DNA from: Cyanobacteriota bacterium | GTDB taxonomy: Bacteria; Cyanobacteriota; Cyanobacteriia; Cyanobacteriales; Nostocaceae | Assembly: GCA_046045965.1 (NCBI GenBank) | Contig: JBJOKS010000024.1 | Location: 1-64,000, forward strand | Reading direction: 5' to 3' | Length of the DNA: 64,000 nt | Part shown: in pieces, positions 1 to 9,248 of the stretch | Position numbering within the stretch: position 1 is the stretch's first letter | Layout of the letters: the number at the start of each line of letters is the position of its first letter | Notes under the pieces: model-generated | Database searches by the model: none | Seen by the model: the letters and a program-made list of their open reading frames with translations, nothing else | What the model was told of the DNA's origin: nothing | Position numbers and translations under genes: made by a program

Positions 1-1241
1 TGAGAATACAATGGCAATCTGAAAAAGATATTATCACCAAAATTCAATCTATCAAAGAAGAAATTGACAAGGTTAACTTAGAAATTCAACAAGCAGAAAG
101 AAACTATGATCTTAACCGCGCTGCTGAATTGAAATATGGGAAATTAACAGATTTACATCGACAATTAGAAGCCGTAGAAAGCGAACTTGCTAACGCCCAA
201 GGAACAGGAAAATCTCTATTACGGGAAGAAGTCACCGAAGCTGATATTGCCGAAATTATTTCTAAATGGACAGGCATTCCCATCAGTAAATTAGTTGAAT
301 CTGAAAAAGAAAAATTGCTGCATTTAGAAGATGAATTACATCATCGAGTAATTGGACAAAGTGAAGCTGTCACTGCTGTAGCTGATGCAATTCAACGTTC
401 TCGCGCTGGACTAGCTGATCCTAACCGTCCCATTGCTAGTTTTGTTTTCCTTGGTCCAACAGGGGTAGGTAAAACCGAATTAGCCAAAGCTTTAGCTGCT
501 TATATGTTTGATACAGAAGAAGCTTTGGTGCGAATTGATATGTCAGAATACATGGAGAAACATACAGTTTCTCGGTTAATTGGTGCGCCTCCAGGTTATG
601 TTGGTTATGAAGAAGGTGGACAATTAACCGAAGCTATTCGTCGTCGTCCTTACGCGGTAATTTTATTCGACGAAATTGAAAAAGCACACCCGGACGTATT
701 TAATATTTTCCTGCAAATTCTTGATGATGGTCGCGTTACCGACTCCCAAGGAAGAACGGTAGACTTTAAGAATACCATTATCATCATGACCAGTAATATC
801 GGTTCTCAATATATTCTTGATGTCGCTGGTGATGATTCACGGTATGATGAAATGCGTCATCGAGTTATGGAAACTATGCGGAATAGTTTTCGTCCTGAGT
901 TCTTGAACCGCATTGATGAAATTATCATTTTCCACAGTTTACAAAAATCAGAACTGCGGGAAATTGTCCAGTTACAAGTAGAAAGACTCAGACAAAGATT
1001 AAGTGATAAAAAAATGTCTCTACGACTTGCTGCTGCTGCCCTTGACTTTTTAGCAGAAGTAGGTTATGACCCTGTATTTGGTGCTAGACCATTAAAAAGA
1101 GCTATTCAGCGGGAGTTAGAAACTCAAATTGCTAAGGCTATTTTACGTGGTGAATTTAACGATGGTGATACAATTTTTGTCGATGTCCAAAACGAACGTC
1201 TGGCTTTTAGTCGTTTACCTGTGGAAGTGTTTAGCAGTTAA
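1..1241 (+). CDS. clpB: ATP-dependent chaperone ClpB, 3' part (5' end lies outside the window)
   Basis: Frame is open from base 3 ([11 protein letters not shown]...NRAAELKYG, ClpB middle domain). NBD2 Walker [33 protein letters not shown] and GARPLKR are present. The track's start at 129 is an edge artefact. Confidence 0.96.
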   Translation, partial: RIQWQSEKDIITKIQSIKEEIDKVNLEIQQAERNYDLNRAAELKYGKLTDLHRQLEAVESELANAQGTGKSLLREEVTEADIAEIISKWTGIPISKLVESEKEKLLHLEDELHHRVIGQSEAVTAVADAIQRSRAGLADPNRPIASFVFLGPTGVGKTELAKALAAYMFDTEEALVRIDMSEYMEKHTVSRLIGAPPGYVGYEEGGQLTEAIRRRPYAVILFDEIEKAHPDVFNIFLQILDDGRVTDSQGRTVDFKNTIIIMTSNIGSQYILDVAGDDSRYDEMRHRVMETMRNSFRPEFLNRIDEIIIFHSLQKSELREIVQLQVERLRQRLSDKKMSLRLAAAALDFLAEVGYDPVFGARPLKRAIQRELETQIAKAILRGEFNDGDTIFVDVQNERLAFSRLPVEVFSS

Positions 1242-1302
1242 TTCAACTGCATAATTAAATTGAGGAACCTAGTTTTTAAAAACTTTTAACGACTAGGAAT
1301 TT

Positions 1303-1335
1303 AGATCCCCGACTTCTTAAAGGAGTTGGGGTTCT
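1303..1335. repeat. REP-like palindrome, ATCCCCGACTTCT family; may also act as the clpB terminator
   Basis: AGATCCCCGACTTCTT-AA-AGGAGTTGGGGTTCT. An inverted copy lies at 1621-1653 and a diverged relative at 44823-44851. Confidence 0.75.
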
Positions 1336-1369
1336 GAGTAAGAAGAATCAAAAAATAGGAGTGTTATCT

Positions 1370-1597
1370 ATGTCTTTAGAACAGGTTGACAGTTTTTATG
1401 AAATGTTGAATTTAGAACCCGATGTTTATGATCTATACTATAAAAATTGCCGTCAACCCGGAGTTTTTGATAGTTGTCACTGGGATCCAAAAAAAATAGT
1501 TAACTTTGCTGCTACTTTTGGCTTTATTTTTACGGAAGCTGAATTACAGGAATTATGGTTTGCAAGTGAACCTGTGAGATTAATTCGTAGGACTTGA
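1370..1597 (+). CDS. Nif11-like leader peptide family small protein
   Basis: MSLEQVDSFYEML...KIVNFAATFGFIFTEAELQE matches the Nif11 leader pattern (MS.EQ...F ... IV..A...G..FT..EL). AGGAG at 1357-1361 favours the ATG at 1370. Confidence 0.7.
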   Translation: MSLEQVDSFYEMLNLEPDVYDLYYKNCRQPGVFDSCHWDPKKIVNFAATFGFIFTEAELQELWFASEPVRLIRRT

Positions 1598-1620
1598 TCA
1601 GTAGCTCTAATATCGAGAAC

Positions 1621-1653
1621 ATAACCCCGAATTCCTTGAGAAGTCGGGGATAT
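1621..1653. repeat. REP-like palindrome, inverted copy of 1303-1335
   Basis: ATAACCCCGAATTCCTTGAGAAGTCGGGGATAT; its reverse complement begins ATATCCCCGACTTCT. Confidence 0.75.
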
Positions 1654-1661
1654 TTTTATAT

Positions 1662-1680
1662 ATTAATCTTTTCTTAACCA
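1662..1680 (+). promoter_or_regulatory. Candidate cyanobacterial Pho box (SphR site)
   Basis: ATTAATCT-TTT-CTTAACCA: two PyTTAAPyPy(T/A)-like units at 11-bp period, upstream of a phosphatase-like gene. Confidence 0.5.
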
Positions 1681-1917
1681 ATTGCCCTACTTTTTCTTAA
1701 AACTAAAGTTATAAATTTTTAAAACTCAAAGAAAATTAATACCAATTAATGATGTTGATGTAGTTAATGGTTGAACTTGTCCAAGTACCAATTTGCCAAA
1801 ACTTCATCGACATTCTGGAAAAACTAATACAGGGTAAAACCTGCGGTATCTCTAGTAATTGCATTGTCAAAAATGCGAAAAAAACAAGTTTAAAAATCTG
1901 AACAGGAGAATTTATTT

Positions 1918-4900
1918 ATGTCAGTAGCAGCAGGAAATACAGCCTTAGTAAATTTATCCGTTAGCAGTAACGCTGGGATCGAAGCAGGTACAACAATAAT
2001 CACCGTTACCGCTACAGCTTCTAGTGCAGTTTATGGCGATCAAACTGTGAGCTTAGGAGTATCAGGAACAGGTATCACCACCAGCGATTATTACCTCAGC
2101 AATAGCACAATTACTATTCTCGACGGACAAACATCTGGTTCTGTTTCCTTCATTGTTGCTGATGATGCGATCGCGGAAGGAACAGAAACAGCAATCTTAA
2201 CTCTCTCCAGTCCCTCAGCAGGTATTTCTTTAGGTAATACAACAATTCAAAACATTACAATTACTAACAACAATTCCAGCGTTTTAACAAAAATTGGTGG
2301 AGCAACCAGTGTTAATGGTGCAGAAATACCCGCCTTTGATCCAGGAAGCGATCGCCTGTTTGTAGTTGCTGGTAATACTGTTGAATTTTATAGTTTAAAC
2401 AATACAGGCACTCTCGCCTTAGCTGGTAGTTTAACACCGGGATTTACAGCACCTGCTGGTACAGAAATAATTCCCAACAGTGTGGCAGTGAATAACGGCA
2501 TTGTGGCCGTAGCCTATGCAATTCGTAATACAACAACTGGCGCTCAACAGACCGGACAAGTGGGCTTTTTTAATGCGGCTGATGGTTCCTTCTTAAACGC
2601 TGTAGAAGTGGGCTATTTGCCAGATATGCTCATTTTTACCCCCGATGGGACAAAAGTGTTAACAGCCAACGAAGGAGAACCCAACAGCTACGGACAAGCC
2701 AATTCCTTTGATCCAGAAGGGTCGATCAGCATTATTAACCTAGCCAATGGAATTGCTAATGCTACAGTCCAAACCGCAGATTTTACAGAGTTTAATAGTC
2801 AAATTGATGACCTGAGAGCAGCGGGTGTTCGCATTTTTGGACCAGGTGCAACCGTCGCTCAAGACCTGGAACCGGAATATATTGCCTTTTCGGGAGATGG
2901 GACACAAGCTTATGTCACCTTGCAAGAAAACAACGCGATCGCGATCGTAGACATTGCCACAGCAACTGTCACCGACATCCAACCCCTGGGACTGAAGAAC
3001 CATAACCAACCCACCGTTACCGGGCTAGAAACCTACGAATTCACCAATTTACCAACCTTGGGGATCACCGCTGCCGGACAGGAAATACCCCTGGGTGGCT
3101 TCTCCGGTTTGACCTTCGATGGTTATGCTGCTAACGGTAATCTAAAATTTATCACCCACACAGATCGCGGTCCCAACGGCGAACCAACGGGAATTAACCG
3201 CCCCTTCCTGTTACCCGACTTTACCCCAGAAATTATCCGCTTTGAACTGAACCGCGCCAGCGGACAACTCACCATTACTGAACGAATTCAGCTCCAGGAT
3301 ACCACAGGCAATTTGCTCTCTGGTCTGCCCAATACATCAATTAGCAACAATGCTAACCAGCCCTTTAACGATGAAGTGCCGGTTGATCTTCAAGGTAATA
3401 TTCTATCCCGCGATCCTCTTGGTGCTGACCTAGAAGGCATTGTAGTCGCTCCTGATGGGACATTCTGGATGGTAGATGAATACCGTCCGGCTATCTATCA
3501 CTTCAATAGTAGTGGTGTGTTAATTGACCGCTTTGTGCCAGTGGGAACGGCAGCAGCAGCCGGACAACCCGTTGGTACTTTCGGTACAGAAGTGCTACCA
3601 GAAGTGCTGGGTCAACGTCGCCAAAACCGGGGTTTTGAAGGAGTTGCTTTCCAGGATGGTAAGGTTTACGCCTTTGTTCAAAGTCCACTCCGCAACCCGG
3701 ACACCCTCAGCAACGGCACACTTAACGGTTTGCAGAATATTCGCATTGTCGAGTTTGACCCGACAACCCAGACCACGCGCCAATTCCTCTACATCCTAGA
3801 CAACCCTCCTGCGGTCAGTGCCAGTGATAGCCGTGCTGATAAAATTGGGGATGCAGTGGCAATTGGTAATGGGGAATTCTTGGTCATAGAACGGGATGAT
3901 GATGCCATCGACAGTGACCCCCTAGAGCAGATCCAAAAGAGAATATACCGCTTCAGTTTGGCGGATGCTACGGATATCTCTAACCTGCCTAACCTGATCA
4001 ATGGTAGGACCCTGGACCAGATGACTTTGGCAGAACTGCAAGCGGCTGGGGTGAGGCCAATTAACAAAACACTCCATGTAGACTTGGCAACCGCTGGCTA
4101 CAACACGGTTGAGAAGGTAGAAGGGTTAACTATTATTGATCGCAATACCCTGGCGGTGATCAATGACAACGACTTCACCGTTGCTGGTATCACTATTGAT
4201 CCAATAACTGGTACATTTACCCCAGACCCCAATGCTGAACAACCTGTATTGGGGTTAATTACACTGCAAAACAACGGCTTGGATACCAGCGATCGCGATA
4301 GCCAGATTAATATTCAAAACCGGCCTGTGTTTGGGCTATATCAACCAGATGCGATCGCCAGCTACACGGTTAACGGTCAAACTTACTACATTACCGCTAA
4401 CGAAGGTGATGCCCGTGACTATACAGGATTTAATGAAGAAATTCGCGTTGGTCAACCCGGATATGTCTTAGATCCAACTGTTTTTCCTAATGCCGCAACC
4501 TTGAGGCAAAATACTAACCTGGGACGGTTAATAGTTACAACTGCCACAGGAGACACCGACGCAGATGGAGACTTTGATCGCATTGAGGCATTTGGGGCGC
4601 GTTCCTTCTCGATCTGGAATGCAGAGGGTACTCAGGTCTTTGATAGTGGTGATCAATTTGAACAAATCACCGCAGCAATTATACCGACCTTATTTAACTC
4701 CGAGGGCACAGCAGCCAGCTTTGACAACCGCAGCGATAACAAGGGTCCTGAACCCGAAGGCGTTGTAGTCGGTGTTATCAATAACCGTACTTATGCCTTT
4801 ATCGGTCTAGAACGGATAGGGGATGTCATCGTCTATGATGTTACCAATCCTTCCCAACCCCAATTTGTACAATACATTAATATCCCCGAAGATGTTGCCG

Positions 4901-5829
4901 CTGAAGGGTTGACTTTTATCTCCGCAGCAGACAGTCCCACAGGTAAACCCCTATTAGTTATCGCCAACGAAGTCAGCAGAACGGTTGCAGTATTTGAAGT
5001 TAACCCACCAGTTCTGAATACCATTCCAGGTACACCAGGATCAGACACACTCAATGGAACAGCTGCTGATGATCTGATTCAAGGTTTAAATGGTAACGAC
5101 CGTCTCAATGGTAGAGCAGGTAATGATAGCCTAGAGGGGAGAGCAGGTAACGATACTCTCAATGGTGGTACGGGTACAGATACCCTCATTGGTGGTAATG
5201 GTAATGACATTTACTTTGTCAATGACAGCGGTGATGTGGTGATTGAAAATGTAGATGAAGGCATAGATACAGTCTTTTCTACTGTCAGCTTTACCCTAGT
5301 GAACGTTGAACATCTCCAACTCACAGGGACTGGGAATATCGACGGGATAGGTAATAGCAGCAATAACAACATTTTCGGCAATAGTGGAAATAACAGCCTT
5401 GTTGGTAGCGATGGTAACGACATTATTAATGCCAGACAAGGTAATGATATCTTAGATGGAGGAGTAGGTAACGATATTCTCAATGCTGGTACTGGTGCAG
5501 ATACTCTAACTGGTGGTGTCGGTAATGATATCCTTTTCTTAGGTGTAGATGCAGCAACTGATGTTGTGAATTATGCCTTGGGTGATGGTGTCGATAGGGT
5601 TTTTCAGTTTGTCCGTGGTGCGTCAGGGGATATCCTCAATTTTTCTGGTATCACTGATATTGATGTTGTTACATTGGGCGCTAATACTCAATTTAGACTC
5701 AGCGATGGGATTGATGGTAATAATGATTTTGGCAAAGGTCAGTTATTAGTCACTTTATCTGGTAGGTCTGGTTTTACCAGTGCTGATGTGAATGTGAACA
5801 TTTTTGGAGCTAATTTCTTATTCAGTTAA
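1918..5829 (+). CDS. Large secreted protein: Calx-beta-like, choice-of-anchor I (atypical alkaline-phosphatase-associated) with nested phytase-like esterase domain, then RTX Ca-binding repeats
   Basis: Choice-of-anchor I motifs VGYLPDM, TANEGEP, QDLEPEYI, GLYQPDAI, DNRSDNKGPEPEG, GLERIG. Phytase-like motifs GGFSGL, TDRGPN, DLEG, DEYRP, NRGFEG, EKVEGL, NDNDF. GGxGxD nonapeptides. RBS AGGAG. Confidence 0.85.
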   Translation: MSVAAGNTALVNLSVSSNAGIEAGTTIITVTATASSAVYGDQTVSLGVSGTGITTSDYYLSNSTITILDGQTSGSVSFIVADDAIAEGTETAILTLSSPSAGISLGNTTIQNITITNNNSSVLTKIGGATSVNGAEIPAFDPGSDRLFVVAGNTVEFYSLNNTGTLALAGSLTPGFTAPAGTEIIPNSVAVNNGIVAVAYAIRNTTTGAQQTGQVGFFNAADGSFLNAVEVGYLPDMLIFTPDGTKVLTANEGEPNSYGQANSFDPEGSISIINLANGIANATVQTADFTEFNSQIDDLRAAGVRIFGPGATVAQDLEPEYIAFSGDGTQAYVTLQENNAIAIVDIATATVTDIQPLGLKNHNQPTVTGLETYEFTNLPTLGITAAGQEIPLGGFSGLTFDGYAANGNLKFITHTDRGPNGEPTGINRPFLLPDFTPEIIRFELNRASGQLTITERIQLQDTTGNLLSGLPNTSISNNANQPFNDEVPVDLQGNILSRDPLGADLEGIVVAPDGTFWMVDEYRPAIYHFNSSGVLIDRFVPVGTAAAAGQPVGTFGTEVLPEVLGQRRQNRGFEGVAFQDGKVYAFVQSPLRNPDTLSNGTLNGLQNIRIVEFDPTTQTTRQFLYILDNPPAVSASDSRADKIGDAVAIGNGEFLVIERDDDAIDSDPLEQIQKRIYRFSLADATDISNLPNLINGRTLDQMTLAELQAAGVRPINKTLHVDLATAGYNTVEKVEGLTIIDRNTLAVINDNDFTVAGITIDPITGTFTPDPNAEQPVLGLITLQNNGLDTSDRDSQINIQNRPVFGLYQPDAIASYTVNGQTYYITANEGDARDYTGFNEEIRVGQPGYVLDPTVFPNAATLRQNTNLGRLIVTTATGDTDADGDFDRIEAFGARSFSIWNAEGTQVFDSGDQFEQITAAIIPTLFNSEGTAASFDNRSDNKGPEPEGVVVGVINNRTYAFIGLERIGDVIVYDVTNPSQPQFVQYINIPEDVAAEGLTFISAADSPTGKPLLVIANEVSRTVAVFEVNPPVLNTIPGTPGSDTLNGTAADDLIQGLNGNDRLNGRAGNDSLEGRAGNDTLNGGTGTDTLIGGNGNDIYFVNDSGDVVIENVDEGIDTVFSTVSFTLVNVEHLQLTGTGNIDGIGNSSNNNIFGNSGNNSLVGSDGNDIINARQGNDILDGGVGNDILNAGTGADTLTGGVGNDILFLGVDAATDVVNYALGDGVDRVFQFVRGASGDILNFSGITDIDVVTLGANTQFRLSDGIDGNNDFGKGQLLVTLSGRSGFTSADVNVNIFGANFLFS

Positions 5830-5840
5830 CCGGAAATGCT

Positions 5841-5876
5841 AGGGAAAAGGATAGACCTTGACCTTTTCCCTTTTAT
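5841..5876 (+). terminator. Intrinsic terminator
   Basis: AGGGAAAAGG...CCTTTTCCCT stem followed by T residues, just after the stop codon. Confidence 0.65.
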
Positions 5877-5921
5877 CTAAATAGGACTCTAACCACAAGT
5901 CACAAAAGAATGAACCACTTT

Positions 5922-5947
5922 CACCGAAGGTGTTCCCGCAGGGGTAG
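5922..5947. repeat. Short dispersed repeat (SDR-like) nested in an AAGGACAC-type tandem repeat
   Basis: Reverse complement is CTACCCCTGCGGGAA-CACCTTCGGTG; the same core CTACCCTGCGGGA plus a hairpin occurs at 44691-44717. Confidence 0.55.
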
Positions 5948-6002
5948 GACACAAAGGACAAGAAAGGAAAGAGAGTTTGAGAGATATTTTGCGTAAGTCC
6001 TG

Positions 6003-6578
6003 CTAAAATAAACTGTTTTCCTGTTGCAAAAACTCCTCTTCCTCTGGAGTCGAGATCCTTCCCAAGATATGGTTACGATGAGGAAAGCGCCCAAAACGGG
6101 AAATGATTTTCAGATGCTCAAAAGCATACTCAATTGCACTAATACTATCAGGATCATGACTAAGTTGCTGAAATAGCTTGACGCATTGACGCTGATCAGC
6201 TAAATCTTCACTGTGTTCAAAGGGTAAGTAAATAAACCAGCGTTGCACAGGCAATAATCCCCGATCATAGCCTTGTGCAATGGCTTGTTGTGCTGCTGAG
6301 AGTGCTTCCCAGTCTGTTGCAAAGGCTTCCGGCGTATTACGAAACATATTTCGGGGAAATTGATCTAGCAGCAAAATCAAAGCGAGACAGGTTTCCGGGG
6401 CGTTCATCCAATCATCTAAGTATCCTGTTGCGGCTTTTTGGTAATATTCAAGAAAATTACCGCGTATTTCCCGGTCAAACTCTGGTTCTTTGCTAAACCA
6501 TATTTGTCGGGGTTTACCGTAACTTGGTTGATCAGGATGACCAAACCAAAATTCCAAAATAGTTTTTGCCTGTGACAT
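6003..6578 (-). CDS. DUF924 family protein
   Basis: ILEFWFG, LLLDQFPRNMFR, FIYLPFEHSE, RFGRFPHRN. Confidence 0.92.
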   Translation of the reverse strand: MSQAKTILEFWFGHPDQPSYGKPRQIWFSKEPEFDREIRGNFLEYYQKAATGYLDDWMNAPETCLALILLLDQFPRNMFRNTPEAFATDWEALSAAQQAIAQGYDRGLLPVQRWFIYLPFEHSEDLADQRQCVKLFQQLSHDPDSISAIEYAFEHLKIISRFGRFPHRNHILGRISTPEEEEFLQQENSLF

Positions 6579-6583
6579 TACTG

Positions 6584-7141
6584 TTATTGACTATTACAAA
6601 GCACTTGTCGCATTTTACGCATATTTTCTGGTAACTCCAAGTTCATTGCTTGTTGAATAAAAATTGAGGGGATAGGAATATTCGGTGTTGCTTGCACTGT
6701 ATAGGTTAACAATGTACCCTTTCCCATGTCTTTAAGTTCTAAGTTGGCATGGAAATCTTCAAATGTCCCTTTTTCCATGCGAAATTGTATTTGCTGTCCC
6801 AAGACTTCGACAACGTTGAGATAAATTTCTACTTGGGCTGTAAAAAATAAAAAAGATTTTTGTGCTGTTTGATACAGAAATTTGACATCCCCTTTGGACA
6901 TGATCTCGCTTTTGGTGATATCAGGGAAATATTGCACCCAACGGGAGTAGTCTGTTATCTGCTGCCACACATAAGAACGTACCAAGGGTAAATACATCCA
7001 AGCGGTGACAGAACCACCCCAGATAGTATGCGATCGCGTTTGCAGCAAAATTTCACCCTGGATCAACAGCTTTTCCTTATCTTGACTCCATAACATATCT
7101 GAACCTTTAATAGTTAAGTCTGAGATATCAAACGCAGACAT
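6584..7141 (-). CDS. SRPBCC (polyketide cyclase/dehydrase-like) family protein
   Basis: VWQQITDYSRWVQYFPDI and START-like fold pattern. Start placed at the ATG of MSAFDIS; the track's GTG at 7156 is also possible. Confidence 0.8.
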   Translation of the reverse strand: MSAFDISDLTIKGSDMLWSQDKEKLLIQGEILLQTRSHTIWGGSVTAWMYLPLVRSYVWQQITDYSRWVQYFPDITKSEIMSKGDVKFLYQTAQKSFLFFTAQVEIYLNVVEVLGQQIQFRMEKGTFEDFHANLELKDMGKGTLLTYTVQATPNIPIPSIFIQQAMNLELPENMRKMRQVLCNSQ

Positions 7142-7424
7142 ATTTATTCTGACCACTCCTCACATCATCTAACAAACAAAGGTTGGAAATTGCAAACCAT
7201 CAGATTTTATAGATTTCAAACCGCACTCAATTTTAATTACAGCCCACTTTGTTAATTTTCTGGACATGATTCAATTTAGGTTGAGGGGAGCTATACTACA
7301 ATGGCAGAAATAGGATTTAAATCCCAAGTTGCAATTTTTTTAAACTTCGTTTAGCATTTTAGCCATATTTATGTCTAATTTTGAGTTTAACTGTAAATTT
7401 AGCTGAAATTCAAAGGAACATCGG

Positions 7425-7619
7425 GTGAATCAATCTTCTTTAAATCGCAAGTTAACCCAATTCTTGGGCATCTTTCTCGGTATGGGAATCGCCTTATTCA
7501 TACTCAGAGGTTTGGGTATTCTCACTTTTATTCCCGGTGGTGTAATCTGGCTATTGTTATTGGCAGCGATCGCACTAGGCATTTTCAGTCGCTTGCAAAG
7601 GAAATGGTGGCGTTTTTAA
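7425..7619 (+). CDS. Small two-TM membrane protein, hypothetical
   Basis: Two hydrophobic segments around LRGLGILTFIPGG; AAGGA upstream of the GTG. Confidence 0.65.
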   Translation: MNQSSLNRKLTQFLGIFLGMGIALFILRGLGILTFIPGGVIWLLLLAAIALGIFSRLQRKWWRF

Positions 7620-7728
7620 GATCCGTCCACAGAAATAAGCACAGAAATCTAAATTGATCTCAAAATATATATATTCAATATCAACAATCTCAACTAACTG
7701 AACTAATTATTTATTAGGGCGCACAGCA

Positions 7729-7893
7729 ATGAAAAAATATATATGTACTGTCTGTGGCTATGTATATGAACCAGAAGCAGGCGATCCTGATGGTGGTATA
7801 GAACCAGGAACAGCCTTTGATGATATCCCAGAAGATTGGGTGTGTCCAGTTTGCGGTGCAGCAAAAGCAGATTTTGAACTATATGAGGAGTGA
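7729..7893 (+). CDS. Rubredoxin, 54 aa (absent from the ORF track)
   Basis: Manual translation: [54 protein letters not shown], with two CxxC(G) motifs. Confidence 0.97.
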   Translation: MKKYICTVCGYVYEPEAGDPDGGIEPGTAFDDIPEDWVCPVCGAAKADFELYEE

Positions 7894-7942
7894 AGCTAAC
7901 AGCTAACCTAGTAAAGTAGGTATTATTGAGATTATTTTAAAA

Positions 7943-9175
7943 TTGTTACCCTTGCAAATTGTAGTTATTGGTGGTGGGGCGGCGGGATTTTTTGGCGCGA
8001 TCGCCTGTGCTGAAGCTAACCCCCAAGCCCAAGTTACTTTAATTGAAGCCAGTCGTAAACCACTAGCAAAAGTTCTCATTTCTGGTGGGGGACGCTGTAA
8101 CGTCACTCATGCTTGTTTTAATCCTGAAGAGTTAGTGCAGAATTACCCCAGAGGTGGTAAAGCTTTACGGGGTGCTTTTACTCGTTTCCAACCTCTTGAC
8201 ACCATAGCTTGGTTTGCTGCTCATGGTGTAAATTTGAAAACTGAAGCTGATGGGCGGATGTTTCCCATTACAGATCGTTCCGAAACCATTGTTGAATGTT
8301 TGATAAAAGCAGCTTTTAATGCTGGGTTAGAACTGAGTATTGGTACGCCTGTAATTTCTGTGAACCGACAAAACGAGGGTTTTGAAATTATTTTCAAGTC
8401 GGGAGAAACTCAATATTGCGATAGCTTGCTTTTAGCTACAGGTAGCAGCTTAATCGGTTATAAAATCGCTAGAGAATTAGGTCATCACATCGAAGCACCT
8501 GTTCCCTCTTTATTTACTTTCAATATTGCTGATCCAAAATTGCAAGCATTAGCAGGAATTAGTGTTAATCCTGTCAATCTACGGTTATCAGTGGCAGGTA
8601 AAACCCCAGTACAACAAATAGGACCATTGTTAATCACCCATTGGGGTATAAGTGGACCTGCGGTACTGAAACTTTCCGCTTGGGGTGCGAGGATACTCCA
8701 TGAAAACCGCTATCAATGTAGATTATACATTAATTGGTTGCCCAATTTGCCACAAGACGAAGTTAGACAAAGGCTTTTAGCGGTAAAACAGGAATGGGGC
8801 AAAAAAGCGATCGCCCTCCATCGCGGAGTAGACTTACCCCACAGGCTTTGGCAGTATCTGATTGACCGTATCAATATTACTACGGAAGACCGTTGGGCAG
8901 AAATATCCAACAAAACCTTAAATCAGTTAGTTCAAGAAATCTCTCAGGGAGAATACTTAATTAGTGGCAAAGGAGTCTTTAAAGAAGAATTTGTTACCTG
9001 TGGTGGGGTTAGCCTTAAGGAGGTTAACTTTAAAACTATGGAAAGTAAATTAGTTCCTGGCTTGTACTTTGCCGGTGAAATCTTGGATATTGATGGAATT
9101 ACTGGGGGTTTTAACTTCCAAAGTGCTTGGACAACAGCCTATTTAGCTGGAAACAGTATGGGATGTAGTGATTAA
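7943..9175 (+). CDS. HI0933/YhiN family NAD(P)/FAD-dependent oxidoreductase
   Basis: GGGAAG, KVLISGGGRCNVT, LITHWGISGP, VTCGGV, GLYFAGEILDIDGITGGFNFQSA. Confidence 0.93.
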   Translation: MLPLQIVVIGGGAAGFFGAIACAEANPQAQVTLIEASRKPLAKVLISGGGRCNVTHACFNPEELVQNYPRGGKALRGAFTRFQPLDTIAWFAAHGVNLKTEADGRMFPITDRSETIVECLIKAAFNAGLELSIGTPVISVNRQNEGFEIIFKSGETQYCDSLLLATGSSLIGYKIARELGHHIEAPVPSLFTFNIADPKLQALAGISVNPVNLRLSVAGKTPVQQIGPLLITHWGISGPAVLKLSAWGARILHENRYQCRLYINWLPNLPQDEVRQRLLAVKQEWGKKAIALHRGVDLPHRLWQYLIDRINITTEDRWAEISNKTLNQLVQEISQGEYLISGKGVFKEEFVTCGGVSLKEVNFKTMESKLVPGLYFAGEILDIDGITGGFNFQSAWTTAYLAGNSMGCSD

Positions 9176-9248
9176 AACGGAGTTTCAGGAGCTACAAAAA
9201 ACGCGTATATATCTCAATGTATTGTTCCTGATTCTCTTGTTTTTGTGA

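Noticed and set aside
2740..5483. Small antisense/alternative-frame ORFs inside the large RTX gene (likewise inside wzc, gpmI, ABC-F, rplD, rpsE and secY)
   Set aside because: Shadow ORFs of well-supported genes, with no motifs or RBS.
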